A stretch of DNA of 57,778 nt from positions 1-57,778 of the IMG/VR virus record IMGVR_UViG_3300032164_000017. One strand, given 5' to 3'. Of the stretch, positions 34,157-43,761 are shown in pieces (the first letter of the stretch is position 1; each line of letters opens with the position of its first letter). A program made the position numbers and the translations under genes. The notes under the pieces are model-generated. The model searched no databases. It was not told where the DNA came from and was given only the letters and a program-made list of their open reading frames with translations. This DNA is from a virus (lineage: Duplodnaviria; Caudoviricetes).

Positions 34157-36913
34157 ATGCCGGATCTGGAGATCTTTGCGAATGTTGACATTGTTCCCGA
34201 AACAGTAGCTGCTGTGACAGTTCAAAAGCGCGGCCGGCTCTCCTACGAATCGCGTTTCTGCCCCGATGGGCAGTATCCCTACACGATGGTGCAATGGAAA
34301 ACCACCGATGTGTCACTCAAAGATCAAGACACCGGCGCCATCATCTTCGAGCAACTCGGGGTAGAAGTTCCCATTACATGGTCTGACCGCGCTGCGCTCA
34401 TTGTGGCGCAGAAGTACTTCTACGGCAAAGAAAGCACAGCAGAGCGTGAGACGAGCGTGCGACAGGTTGTAGGACGTGTAGTCAACCGCATCCTTGCGTG
34501 GGGCCTGGAACAGAGTTACTTCGCCACCGAAGATGATGCTGTCGCATTTGCAGCCGACCTCACATATCTTTTGCTCACCCAGCGCGGCGCGTTCAACAGT
34601 CCTGTGTGGTTTAACCTCGGTATCGATGCACGTCAACAACAAGTCAGTGCCTGCTTCATCAACTCTGTTGCTGACAATATGACGTCGATCGCTGCGTTGC
34701 AAGAAACCGAGACCATCATCTTCAAGCAGGGTAGCGGGTCAGGCGTAAACCTATCTGCGTTGCGCAGCAGCAAAGAACGTCTCTCCGGGGGTGGTATCGC
34801 ATCGGGACCCGTATCGTTCATGCGCGGGTTAGATGCGTGGGCAGGCATCGTGAAGTCGGGTGGAGGAACACGACGAGCAGCTGCGATGCGGGCACTCAAC
34901 GCGAACCATCCGGACATCGTTGAATTCAGCACCTGCAAGGCCGAACAGGAACACGTCGCACAGCTTCTTGTGAAAGCAGGGCTCTCTGCTCACTTCGATG
35001 ACCCCAAAGGCGCCTATGCGCTCATTCGCTTCCAGAATGCAAACCACTCCATCCGTGTCACCGATGAATTCATGACCAAGGTGCTCTATGCAATGGAGCA
35101 CCCTGATGAAGAGGTTCTCTGGGACTTGCACGCGGTGGTAACCGAAGAAGTAACTGATCGTATCCCCATCCTTGGTCTCTGGGAAAAGATCTGCCAGGCG
35201 GCGTGGTCCTGTGGGGATCCCGGCATTCAGTTCGACAGTACGTTCAATGCCTGGCATACCTGTCCCAGTGATGGTCGCATCAACTCTACAAATCCATGCG
35301 GTGAGTTTGCGTTCTTGGACGATAGCGCCTGCAACCTAGCCAGCCTCAACCTGATGCGCTTTCGCAAGCTCGATGGCACACTTGACATCGAATCACTGAA
35401 GCAAGCTGTGGACGTCTTCGTTCTCGCTCAAGACATCCTGATCGATAAAGCGGACTATCCGACAGCTGCAATCAAAGAGAACTCAATGAAGTACCGCCCA
35501 CTGGGCCTCGGCTACGCCAATCTCGGTGCGTATCTCATGTCGATAGGGCTGCCTTACGACAGTGACACAGGTCGTCAGATCGCATCGGAAGTGACGTCAG
35601 TTATCACATCACAAGCGTACCTCGCATCGGTGAATCTCTCGATCACTCGAGGTTCCTTCGAAGCATACGATCGCAATCGCGCGGCCATGCTCGAGGTCAT
35701 GCGCAAGCACATGACCGCAGCACAGGAGCGCGATCTCGGATCCGTCTCGATCTGGGATGAAGTCATCGAACAGGGTGCACTACATGGGTTCCGCAATGCA
35801 CAGGTTACACTGTGTGCACCTACCGGAACGATTTCTTTCATGATGGACTGTGACACGACCGGCGTGGAGCCTGAGGCCAGTCTTTACAAGGTAAAGAGCC
35901 TGGTGGGTGGCGGTACAGTCGTAATGGAGAATCGCATTGTCGAGATGGCTCTCGATAAGCTCACTTACCAACCTCCGACGCGCAAAGAGATCCTGCGCTA
36001 CCTCGCACGTCACAAGCATCTTGACGGGTGCAGTCAGCTTCTCAAAGAGCACCTGTCTGTGTTCGACTGTGCGATTCCGTCTGCGGGTAAGCGTGTGCTG
36101 AGTCCCATGGCCCACGTGAAGATGCTTGCAGCAATTCAACCGTTCATCTCAGGCTCCATCAGCAAGACCGTGAACCTACCTCATGAAGCAGCGCCCGAAC
36201 AGATCGGAGAGGTCTACATCAAGGCTTGGCAACGAGGCATCAAGAACATCGCGGTCTATCGTGACAACTGCAAAAAGAGTCAGCCGCTCATTACCGCAGT
36301 GCTGATGCCTACCGTAGAAGATGCAGCGCCGCGTATCGTAAGACGCAAGCTCGCCAACCATCAGACGAACATGCATCGTATTCGGTTCGCGTTTCAGAAC
36401 ATCAAGGGCTACATCCTCGCTACGCCCTATGAAGACACGGGAATGCCTGGGGAGATTTTCGTACGTCTTTCGAAAGAAGGTTCAACCATTCAAGGTCTTG
36501 TTGATGGCTGGGCTCAGTCTATCTCCTATTGTCTTCAGTACGGAGTTCCTCTTGCTGTCCTTGTGCAGAAGTTCAGTCACACCAAGTTCGAACCCATGGG
36601 CTATTCCGCAGACCCAGACATTCGCTTTGCGCATTCCATCTACGACGCGATCGTGCGCAAGCTTGGTGCAGTTTTTCTACATGCACAGATGAGCAACGGT
36701 CACGACGATAGCGCAGACGCACCGGGCGTTTCACTAGCAGAAGAGGGTTTTATTGTGGACAATGACACAGACCCAGCGCTGGATCTGCAACGTATGACAC
36801 CCATGAGTACGTATATGGATGCACCCCCATGTACTGAGTGTGGTGCCATCATGGTTCGCAACGGGTCCTGTTACAGTTGTTCCACCTGTGGTGCAACATC
36901 CGGATGTAGCTAA
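34157..36913 (+). CDS. nrdJ: class II (adenosylcobalamin-dependent) ribonucleotide reductase
   Basis: AFNSPVWFN, QVSACFI, TNPCGE, RPLGLGYANLG, APTGTISF, ISKTVN, YRDNCK, C-terminal CTECG..NGSCYSCSTCGATSGCS; GGAGG before ATG 34157. Confidence 0.95.
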   Translation: MPDLEIFANVDIVPETVAAVTVQKRGRLSYESRFCPDGQYPYTMVQWKTTDVSLKDQDTGAIIFEQLGVEVPITWSDRAALIVAQKYFYGKESTAERETSVRQVVGRVVNRILAWGLEQSYFATEDDAVAFAADLTYLLLTQRGAFNSPVWFNLGIDARQQQVSACFINSVADNMTSIAALQETETIIFKQGSGSGVNLSALRSSKERLSGGGIASGPVSFMRGLDAWAGIVKSGGGTRRAAAMRALNANHPDIVEFSTCKAEQEHVAQLLVKAGLSAHFDDPKGAYALIRFQNANHSIRVTDEFMTKVLYAMEHPDEEVLWDLHAVVTEEVTDRIPILGLWEKICQAAWSCGDPGIQFDSTFNAWHTCPSDGRINSTNPCGEFAFLDDSACNLASLNLMRFRKLDGTLDIESLKQAVDVFVLAQDILIDKADYPTAAIKENSMKYRPLGLGYANLGAYLMSIGLPYDSDTGRQIASEVTSVITSQAYLASVNLSITRGSFEAYDRNRAAMLEVMRKHMTAAQERDLGSVSIWDEVIEQGALHGFRNAQVTLCAPTGTISFMMDCDTTGVEPEASLYKVKSLVGGGTVVMENRIVEMALDKLTYQPPTRKEILRYLARHKHLDGCSQLLKEHLSVFDCAIPSAGKRVLSPMAHVKMLAAIQPFISGSISKTVNLPHEAAPEQIGEVYIKAWQRGIKNIAVYRDNCKKSQPLITAVLMPTVEDAAPRIVRRKLANHQTNMHRIRFAFQNIKGYILATPYEDTGMPGEIFVRLSKEGSTIQGLVDGWAQSISYCLQYGVPLAVLVQKFSHTKFEPMGYSADPDIRFAHSIYDAIVRKLGAVFLHAQMSNGHDDSADAPGVSLAEEGFIVDNDTDPALDLQRMTPMSTYMDAPPCTECGAIMVRNGSCYSCSTCGATSGCS

Positions 36914-36925
36914 AGAGGATCACAC

Positions 36926-37135
36926 ATGCCTACAAAAACAGAGAACGGTAACGAACGCCCGTGCAGCAACTGTGAAAAATCAACACGGTTGGACCAGGCG
37001 ATGGTGATCAACGACAAAGGGCGGCTCATTGCGGTAATCTGCGAAGAGTGCCAGCAGGCAAAAAAGATTCAGGTAACCCTAGTCAAAAAGAAGCACCAGT
37101 GGAATTTCTATCAGTACTTCCCCGTGGAGACATAG
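36926..37135 (+). CDS. small Zn-finger protein
   Basis: GAGGA RBS; CSNC...CEEC. Confidence 0.65.
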   Translation: MPTKTENGNERPCSNCEKSTRLDQAMVINDKGRLIAVICEECQQAKKIQVTLVKKKHQWNFYQYFPVET

Positions 37136-37143
37136 GCTATGCG

Positions 37144-37434
37144 ATGTCCGAGACGAAGATAGAACGCTTCCTCGGTCTAACACCCGTCATCAAGCGCATC
37201 GCACACTACTACCTGTGCTTGGGGTTCGGCGAATACAAGCCACAACATCCACACTATGACCGTATCGTGGTTCGTTTCCTTTACGACTTTGCAGAGAATC
37301 CCTTGGTGCCTGGCGAACACGCGGGCGGCACCGTTGTGGAATTCTTCCTGGGCGACGTACGCGTGAAGTGGGTAGAGTTCCGCTGTCAGGTTGTTGGTGG
37401 TGGTGGGAAGCCTATCGTTCAAGCAGTCGACTGA
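37144..37434 (+). CDS. hypothetical protein
   Basis: Start trimmed from 37048; fills gap in plus-strand run. Confidence 0.55.
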   Translation: MSETKIERFLGLTPVIKRIAHYYLCLGFGEYKPQHPHYDRIVVRFLYDFAENPLVPGEHAGGTVVEFFLGDVRVKWVEFRCQVVGGGGKPIVQAVD

Positions 37435-37447
37435 AAGGAGAAACACC

Positions 37448-37678
37448 GTGCGTATCCTAATCGTTGCTCTGGTGCTCTGGGCAGGTTGCGGCTCTCCTTG
37501 TCAGCAGGTCAAAGCGACTCGTTGCAACGCTCAGATCGTGGAGCTGTGCGGCTCCAACCAAAAGTGGCAGCGCGTTCTTGACTGCACGCAGGTGAAGCCG
37601 GTCTCCAACCCCAATGCGCCGAAGGACTGGGTGTGCGGGGAGACCACGACGGGTCACACTTGTGTACCCAAGAAGTGA
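37448..37678 (+). CDS. small Cys-rich lipoprotein
   Basis: AAGGAG RBS, GTG start, MRILIVALVLWAG|C lipobox, six further Cys. Confidence 0.7.
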   Translation: MRILIVALVLWAGCGSPCQQVKATRCNAQIVELCGSNQKWQRVLDCTQVKPVSNPNAPKDWVCGETTTGHTCVPKK

Positions 37679-37682
37679 TGCG

Positions 37683-38015
37683 ATGAGTGCTGTGGCCTGG
37701 GCACTTTTTGGTTCGATGTGTATATTCGAGTTGATAGCTGATGTGCTTGGCAAGCAGTATGCGCTCTCCGGCACCCCCTTGTTGGGATGGTCAGCCTTGG
37801 GCGGCTACATGGCAGCCAATAGTTCGTGGGTGGTTGCCCTGCGCAAGGGGTTCCTGCTCAGCTTGGGTGGTGTCTACTTTGGTGTTATTACCGGAACATT
37901 CTGCGTAGTGATTGGGTGTGTTTTCTACAAGGAGCCCGTGTCTAGGTTGCAGATGCTGGGCATGACGCTAGGTATAGTAAGCAGTGGGCTGTTAGCAATG
38001 GGCGGAAAGACGTGA
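37683..38015 (+). CDS. SMR/DMT-like four-helix membrane protein
   Basis: 110 aa, four hydrophobic segments, Glu in TM1 (CIFELIADV), FYKEPVS..QMLG C-terminal pattern. Confidence 0.6.
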   Translation: MSAVAWALFGSMCIFELIADVLGKQYALSGTPLLGWSALGGYMAANSSWVVALRKGFLLSLGGVYFGVITGTFCVVIGCVFYKEPVSRLQMLGMTLGIVSSGLLAMGGKT

Positions 38016-38070
38016 CCGCTGTATGGACTTGCAGTCCAACGCTGAAGCTGGGAGGTGAAGAGGTGAAGCG

Positions 38071-38328
38071 ATGAGAGATGATCCCATCAAAAGGATCGTT
38101 ATGGACAATATCATCGGGCAGCACGTTGTGGCGGATGGGTATCCTCTCTATGATGCTCCAGATTCGATTATGCTGGCCAGGTATATCGAGCATCAGCTTC
38201 GTCGATCTGAGGAGTCTGGACGAACCAGTTTCTGGGCTTCGCAGGTTGCTGTTCCTTGTTTGAACAGTGCAATCGTTAAGATTCGCGAGTTGCAGAAGCA
38301 AATCGATGAACTGAAGTCTAGAAGTTAG
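38071..38328 (+). CDS. hypothetical protein
   Basis: GAGGTG RBS; 85 aa. Confidence 0.55.
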   Translation: MRDDPIKRIVMDNIIGQHVVADGYPLYDAPDSIMLARYIEHQLRRSEESGRTSFWASQVAVPCLNSAIVKIRELQKQIDELKSRS

Positions 38329-38330
38329 AT

Positions 38331-38582
38331 ATGAAAATGCCCGCCAAGCACCAGTGCCTTCTTGTAGACCTTCAACTCCTGGCCCAAGAAGTGAGACTAG
38401 CATGGATCAGAGATCGTCTGAATGATATTTGGTTCAGCGGAAAAGGTCCTGCTGGAGGGGAGATTCTCGATAAGTATAAAGAAGAGTTTGAAGCTCTTTT
38501 GCAAGAAGAGTTGAACTTGCAATCCGAATACCAGAGGGGGTCATGGAGAATAGGCAGAAATGAAAATGCCCGCCAAGCACCA
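38331..38582 (+). repeat. 23-nt direct repeat ATGAAAATGCCCGCCAAGCACCA at 38331-38353 and 38560-38582
   Basis: Exact match read directly; similarity extends a few nt either side. Confidence 0.9.
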
Positions 38583-38876
38583 TTGCTTAGCGGGCCAGTA
38601 GAGTGTGAACCTGACTCAAAGGTAGCTCTCCCGGAGGAGGGATGCAAGATGCGCCGTTGGCGATATCGTGCGTGGCGTCTTCCCAATGGATCGAAAGTGG
38701 TCTGTGTGCTAGATCGCGAATTTCCGCCATCGCCTGATTACGACATTCAATGGGAGCATCAAACAAGTAATGGAAGATTTGGAGTTGATGTGATCTCACG
38801 TGAACAAGCTAAGATCTTGTTACGTGGTCCACGAACTCCATGCGAATGGGATGTTGATACGTTGAAAGGGGAATGA
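38331..38876 (+). CDS. hypothetical protein (possibly chimeric)
   Basis: Contains an internal copy of its own first 23 nt and an internal GGAGGAGG RBS. Confidence 0.45.
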   Translation: MKMPAKHQCLLVDLQLLAQEVRLAWIRDRLNDIWFSGKGPAGGEILDKYKEEFEALLQEELNLQSEYQRGSWRIGRNENARQAPLLSGPVECEPDSKVALPEEGCKMRRWRYRAWRLPNGSKVVCVLDREFPPSPDYDIQWEHQTSNGRFGVDVISREQAKILLRGPRTPCEWDVDTLKGE

Positions 38877-39484
38877 TCATGCTGACTCCAGAGCTGACAC
38901 GAAACTTCTGGGACCACATGCTGAAGACGTTTGGCGCCGTGGCAACGCAGAAGGGCGATGCCGAGCTGATGAAGGTCGTGGCCACGGTCCTGGATGCGTT
39001 CGGCGTGCAGGACAAAGAGCAGTTCATGAAGGACTTCGTGACCACCCTGGGCCGTACCATCTACATCCCCTTCGAGGTCGGGATCGAGATTCCCCGCTGG
39101 CCACTTTGGGCGCAGGTCCGCGTGTGCGGCCACGAGTGTGGTCACGTCGTGCAGGGCAACCGCGAGGGTTGGGCCACCTTCGACTCGCGCTATGTGACCT
39201 CCTCCAGCTTCCGCGCGGGCTACGAGGCTGAGTGCTACGGGATCGACATGGAGCTGGAGTTCTGGCGGCTGGGCTCGTCTGGCTTTGATCCGTTCCGGTT
39301 TGCTCAGGAGCGCCCACTGAGCCTCAAGAACTACGGCTGCAAGGCAGCAGAGATCGAGCAAGCTCAGCAGATGCTCACCATCCGCGCCGGGCTCGTCGCG
39401 CAGGGTGTGGTTGAGAGCGTGGCTGCACAGACGGCGATCCCGTGGCTCGAAAAGAACGTGCCGGGACTACGCGTTACTTCTTAG
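38873..39484 (+). CDS. putative Zn metallopeptidase (HExxH)
   Basis: GHECGHVVQ with downstream YEAECY third-ligand-like Glu. Confidence 0.65.
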   Translation: MIMLTPELTRNFWDHMLKTFGAVATQKGDAELMKVVATVLDAFGVQDKEQFMKDFVTTLGRTIYIPFEVGIEIPRWPLWAQVRVCGHECGHVVQGNREGWATFDSRYVTSSSFRAGYEAECYGIDMELEFWRLGSSGFDPFRFAQERPLSLKNYGCKAAEIEQAQQMLTIRAGLVAQGVVESVAAQTAIPWLEKNVPGLRVTS

Positions 39485-39953
39485 CGTAAGCGACACCAAG
39501 CCCTACCGCTACACCCGTAGCAACGAGGGCTACGCCTCCACCGATGATGCCCCAGAGCCAGCTGTAGGTGGGCTTGTATTTGTAGGTGTTCTTCTCTTCG
39601 ATCTCTTTCTTGAGCTGTGTGATCAAGTTCGTAATACGAACTTGATCCAACCCCTGTACCTTCCTGTACGATTCGACGAGCTGATTGTTTTTCTCGGTGA
39701 GCTTCTTGTAATCCTCAAGCTGTTGTTGCAGAAGAGGGGCAGCGTCGCGCCACAAGGCGCAGTCGTTGTCCTTCTTTTTTAGCTCCAGCGCTCCCGCCGT
39801 GTCGTAGGTAGCATGGAACTCCGTGGGACAGAGCTTCATCGTCCAGGGCGGCAGCACCTTCAAGTTCTTGGGCTGGTCGCCCACCTTTACAGGATCCGCG
39901 TGAGCCACCAACGAGAGTAGAAGAGGGAACAGGAGACAGAGATTACGCATCAT
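39474..39953 (-). CDS. secreted coiled-coil protein with C-terminal TM anchor
   Basis: Signal peptide ending AHA|DP, coiled coil, C-terminal hydrophobic helix. Confidence 0.65.
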   Translation of the reverse strand: MMRNLCLLFPLLLSLVAHADPVKVGDQPKNLKVLPPWTMKLCPTEFHATYDTAGALELKKKDNDCALWRDAAPLLQQQLEDYKKLTEKNNQLVESYRKVQGLDQVRITNLITQLKKEIEEKNTYKYKPTYSWLWGIIGGGVALVATGVAVGLGVAYAKK

Positions 39954-40368
39954 TGATCTCCTCCCACGACTTCAGGCCCTCGAGCTTCTTTTGACGCTCG
40001 GCATGGGCTGTCTCGAGCCTCTTCAAGTCCTTGTCACGAGCTTCGATGATTGCGGCGAGTAGTTGCCTATCAGCCGTCAGACTCTCTTGGTCTGCTTTTT
40101 CTTTAGCTACTTGCGCTTCATGTTCTTTCTGCGCGAGATCGACTTTGAGCTGTTCAAGTTCCGTACGAGCTGCGGCCAGTTCTTTGGCGCGCTTGTTGGC
40201 CAAGTACGCCGCATAGGCCATGGTGATGAAACTGATCAAGGCCAAGACGATAGCGGTGATGTAACCCCAAACACCGCCATCTTCTTTTTTGGTCTGGACC
40301 TCTTTGTTACGATTTGTGATGGACTTGATCAGCTCATCAAGCTTCTTGCTGAGGTCGGTGGTATCCAT
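39943..40368 (-). CDS. membrane-anchored coiled-coil protein (i-spanin-like architecture)
   Basis: Single TM (VWGYITAIVLALISFITMAYAAYLA) followed by long coiled coil. Confidence 0.6.
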   Translation of the reverse strand: MDTTDLSKKLDELIKSITNRNKEVQTKKEDGGVWGYITAIVLALISFITMAYAAYLANKRAKELAAARTELEQLKVDLAQKEHEAQVAKEKADQESLTADRQLLAAIIEARDKDLKRLETAHAERQKKLEGLKSWEEINDA

Positions 40369-40371
40369 TGC

Positions 40372-43194
40372 TTAGAAAATGACGTTGAGAGGATCAGAAC
40401 TCGTGGCTGTTTGCCAGAGGTTAGCGGTTCCATTATCTTGGATAGCCGTGTTTCCTGCTGCACCTTTTTTGATCGTGTTGCCAGTCACGACTGTACGCAT
40501 CACACTCGTAGCCAACAGAATGATGTACTTACCCGTGGCTGTGGTACCGGTGTTGTGAATACGATTGCTCGTGATCGTATTGTACGCATTGGCACCGTTG
40601 ACGAACGAGAGGTTAATCATTCCCGGCGATGTAGACACCATATCGTTGAACTTGAACGAGCAGTTGTTGACCGAATTCCGGTACGTGTAATTTGCACCGG
40701 AGATTGTCGCTGCCATTTCGACCAAACAGTAGATCGCGTTGGCAAGCGTGGACCGAATGGTGCATGCTTCAATCGTGACGTCTGTCGTATCAATGACGTA
40801 CCAACCGTGTGTCAAGTATCCTGTTGCACCAAGTTCAATCTTGCAATCGTCGAACATCGATTCAGGTTGGATACCGCTGAAACACGCGTAGTAGGCTGCG
40901 ATATCGGTATGCGTGAGACCGCTAAGGTCCACGTATACATCTTCAAAAACCCCACTGCCTTCGATCGTGTAACGCTGTGCTGCCGCACTCTGATCACCAA
41001 ACACCGTGAACTGTGCTGCACCGGATGGCGCACCCGACATGACGAAGCCACTAAGCTTCGCATTCCGTATCGTAACAGGCCCTCCAAAGCCCGTCACACG
41101 TACATAGGGGACGAGGTAGTTCAATATGAACCCATCGCCACCTGATGTAGGAATCTTGCCGGCGTTGATGATCGTGAGGCCATCGACAACACCGTTAGGA
41201 GATACGAGAATGATGGGTGAGTTATTGGCGGCAAAACGCAATAACTGATTCGCCATGTTGAAGTAAAGGTTTGTAGCAACAAGCGCATCTGCTTGCACAT
41301 TCAACAAACTAGTGTAGATGTCTCCCGTACCCGTAACGGTCCACTCGACATTGTCCAGACGAATGATGCCGCCTTCAATCGAGACCACCCATTGTGCCGT
41401 GGTGAAAGGAGAACAGATGATTTTGGTGTTCGAGATAACGAGCCGTACACCGGCGGTGGCGTTAAGACCTATGTTGTTATCTGGCACGGTGATTGTGCAG
41501 TTGTCAAACATACCGCTTGAGCCACCGGCGGCCATATAGATGAGCTGTTGACCAACCCCTGTACCGGTGATTTGGGTATCCAACACGCGAAGTTTGGCTG
41601 TAGATGTCACATTGAGCAGTCTTCCATTGCCCGTTAACTGACACTGTTCGATCGTGACGTTTGCCGCTTGTACGTCTAGGAGATCCGGGCCTGAGCCCGA
41701 GATCAGATTCACGTTTTCGATACGTGAACCCGCTGCACTTGACGTGAACGTCATAGCGTAGCCGCTTGGATGGTTAGCCGTGATCGTAACACCCTCCTCC
41801 ACACCAATGATGCGTATGGCCTTGGTTGTAGAGAGATTTACGCTGAAGGTGTATGACCCTTTTCGTACATGGATGGTACCGCCATTGGCGGCGGCAAGCG
41901 CCAAGAACGCGGCTCTCAGACCACCTGGACCATTGTACTGGCCTCCAGTGGATGCAGATCCATCCGTGACAGAGACAAAGACACCTGTGTGCCCACGTAG
42001 TGCATAGACCTGTTCGTCGATGTTTTCGAAGGCTTCACGGTTCGTAAGCGCCGGGTTGTGGGGGTGTGTGCCCGTGCTAACGCGCTTGACACCCTCATTG
42101 ACACCGTCGTAGCAGTTGTAGAGACCTGCCATGCCATTGTAAGCCCAAGAGATCTGCAAACTATCGAATCCAAGAGGCGCAGGATAGCCGACTTGAATGA
42201 GTGAACCATCCGCGAAGAGCAACGTGGTAGAGTTGATTGCTTTACAGATAGGAATGCAATTCGGAATCTTCTCGGGCTGACGACGTGAGTTGAAGAGCTG
42301 TCCAGCGGTCAGTACGTAGTTTCCATTCTCGTACGTGCTTTGGAGCCGCCCACCAGTGCCTGTGGTGTCCACGTTCTTGTCGTACCAAACCCCGATCATG
42401 TCGCCTTCTTGGATCCGGTTTGCCGTGGATGCCGCAAAGAACGTGGCTAACACCGTGGGTGTGATCGTGTGCAACACACCCGCAACGCCCCCTTTGAGGA
42501 AACGCTGTGTGTAGTCGCCACTCCACTGTGGCGCACCCCAAAGCGCAGCCGCATTGGTGCCGGTAGAGCCCGAACCGAGAGATGCGAGCACGAGAGTGTT
42601 GGCTGCTGACACGTTCACAGCCGTGATCAGATCGTTGCACGTAGTCGTGCCCGACACGATCGTGATGTAGATATGATTCAGGTTCCCAGATGCGCCCTTC
42701 AACGTTACCGTGAGAGAGGCCCCCGCAACAATCTCCACGGAAATAGCGTTAGCATCGGCAGCTGGAAAGGCACTGCCTTCCCATTGTTTCTTCACAGAAG
42801 TGAACACCACTTCGTTGCTCGAAGGTGTTCCAACACTGAGGCTGGCTTTTGACGATCCCACGTAGGGGTACGATGTTGAACGTCCCGGAGATCCGAACGA
42901 AACCAACACAAGGTCGGTGCCTAGGAGGAAAGTTCCACTGTTGGCAGGATAGACACCTTCGAACGTAGTAGGGTTGCCTGGAACGGCGCTGTAGAGGTGT
43001 GTGTTTGTATCTGCCAAACACGCGTATTCACGCATCACAGTACGCAGCAATTCCGTGCGCAACCGTGCATTTTCCGTGGGTCGTCGAAGGACCGCCTGGT
43101 TGGCGGCTTCACCATCTGCCACAGGGAGAATCGCAGCCGACTCGGGATAGCCGGTGTCACCATTACTGGAACGGAAATCAATGACTTGGCGCAT
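40372..43194 (-). CDS. tail fibre/tailspike with right-handed beta-helix (pectin-lyase-like) domain
   Basis: GGTIHVRKGSY beta-helix cap, repeated I.NC.I/N.I.N strands; follows baseplate genes. Confidence 0.75.
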   Translation of the reverse strand: MRQVIDFRSSNGDTGYPESAAILPVADGEAANQAVLRRPTENARLRTELLRTVMREYACLADTNTHLYSAVPGNPTTFEGVYPANSGTFLLGTDLVLVSFGSPGRSTSYPYVGSSKASLSVGTPSSNEVVFTSVKKQWEGSAFPAADANAISVEIVAGASLTVTLKGASGNLNHIYITIVSGTTTCNDLITAVNVSAANTLVLASLGSGSTGTNAAALWGAPQWSGDYTQRFLKGGVAGVLHTITPTVLATFFAASTANRIQEGDMIGVWYDKNVDTTGTGGRLQSTYENGNYVLTAGQLFNSRRQPEKIPNCIPICKAINSTTLLFADGSLIQVGYPAPLGFDSLQISWAYNGMAGLYNCYDGVNEGVKRVSTGTHPHNPALTNREAFENIDEQVYALRGHTGVFVSVTDGSASTGGQYNGPGGLRAAFLALAAANGGTIHVRKGSYTFSVNLSTTKAIRIIGVEEGVTITANHPSGYAMTFTSSAAGSRIENVNLISGSGPDLLDVQAANVTIEQCQLTGNGRLLNVTSTAKLRVLDTQITGTGVGQQLIYMAAGGSSGMFDNCTITVPDNNIGLNATAGVRLVISNTKIICSPFTTAQWVVSIEGGIIRLDNVEWTVTGTGDIYTSLLNVQADALVATNLYFNMANQLLRFAANNSPIILVSPNGVVDGLTIINAGKIPTSGGDGFILNYLVPYVRVTGFGGPVTIRNAKLSGFVMSGAPSGAAQFTVFGDQSAAAQRYTIEGSGVFEDVYVDLSGLTHTDIAAYYACFSGIQPESMFDDCKIELGATGYLTHGWYVIDTTDVTIEACTIRSTLANAIYCLVEMAATISGANYTYRNSVNNCSFKFNDMVSTSPGMINLSFVNGANAYNTITSNRIHNTGTTATGKYIILLATSVMRTVVTGNTIKKGAAGNTAIQDNGTANLWQTATSSDPLNVIF

Positions 43195-43206
43195 GGGATT
43201 CTCCCT

Positions 43207-43725
43207 TTACACGGTAAACTGGAGGGTCCAGTCATACTCGAGTGCAATAGCCGCGGTCTTTTCGATCGCAGCGTGGAGTTGACGTGCCCAACACATGAGG
43301 CTACCACCCACATCAGCACTCCAGAGGGTACCACGTGTGAAAAGGCCCGCTTCACGGTAAGTGTTTCCATTACCTGCGGTACCTTCCATGAAGGCGTGCA
43401 AGGTGAGTTCCCCGGACCCACCATTGAGCTTTTCGAGGTCAGTCAGTTGACGACGAACCGCTGTTATTTCAGCCATGAGGTTCGTATCGTTGCGAGACGT
43501 TGCTGTGCTGCTCGTCCCGAAACGCATTGAACCGAGCTGAAATTGAGCCGCAGGTGTGTCCGTAGCGCGTTGTGCGAGAAGAGCGCGTACGATGTCACCT
43601 GCTTCATAGGTGATGGTGTTGCGCTTGACGATGGTGCGGAGAATGGTTCCAGTAATCGCATCCCGCACGCGTACACGCAAAATTCCAATCATTCGAAGAC
43701 GCGACACAAAGGTAGATTTTGACAT
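43207..43725 (-). CDS. tail/baseplate fibre-attachment protein
   Basis: NTITYEAG..MRFGTS..GNGNTYREAGLF..IEKT..LEYDWTL pattern typical of myovirus baseplate proteins. Confidence 0.65.
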   Translation of the reverse strand: MSKSTFVSRLRMIGILRVRVRDAITGTILRTIVKRNTITYEAGDIVRALLAQRATDTPAAQFQLGSMRFGTSSTATSRNDTNLMAEITAVRRQLTDLEKLNGGSGELTLHAFMEGTAGNGNTYREAGLFTRGTLWSADVGGSLMCWARQLHAAIEKTAAIALEYDWTLQFTV

Positions 43726-43761
43726 GTAGGACTCGTTTCGTCGTACCTATGGTAGGCCAGG

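Noticed and set aside
17029-36913. Inteins or introns in polymerase, terminase or RNR
   Set aside because: No intein terminal motifs or homing endonuclease signatures seen; reading frames are continuous.
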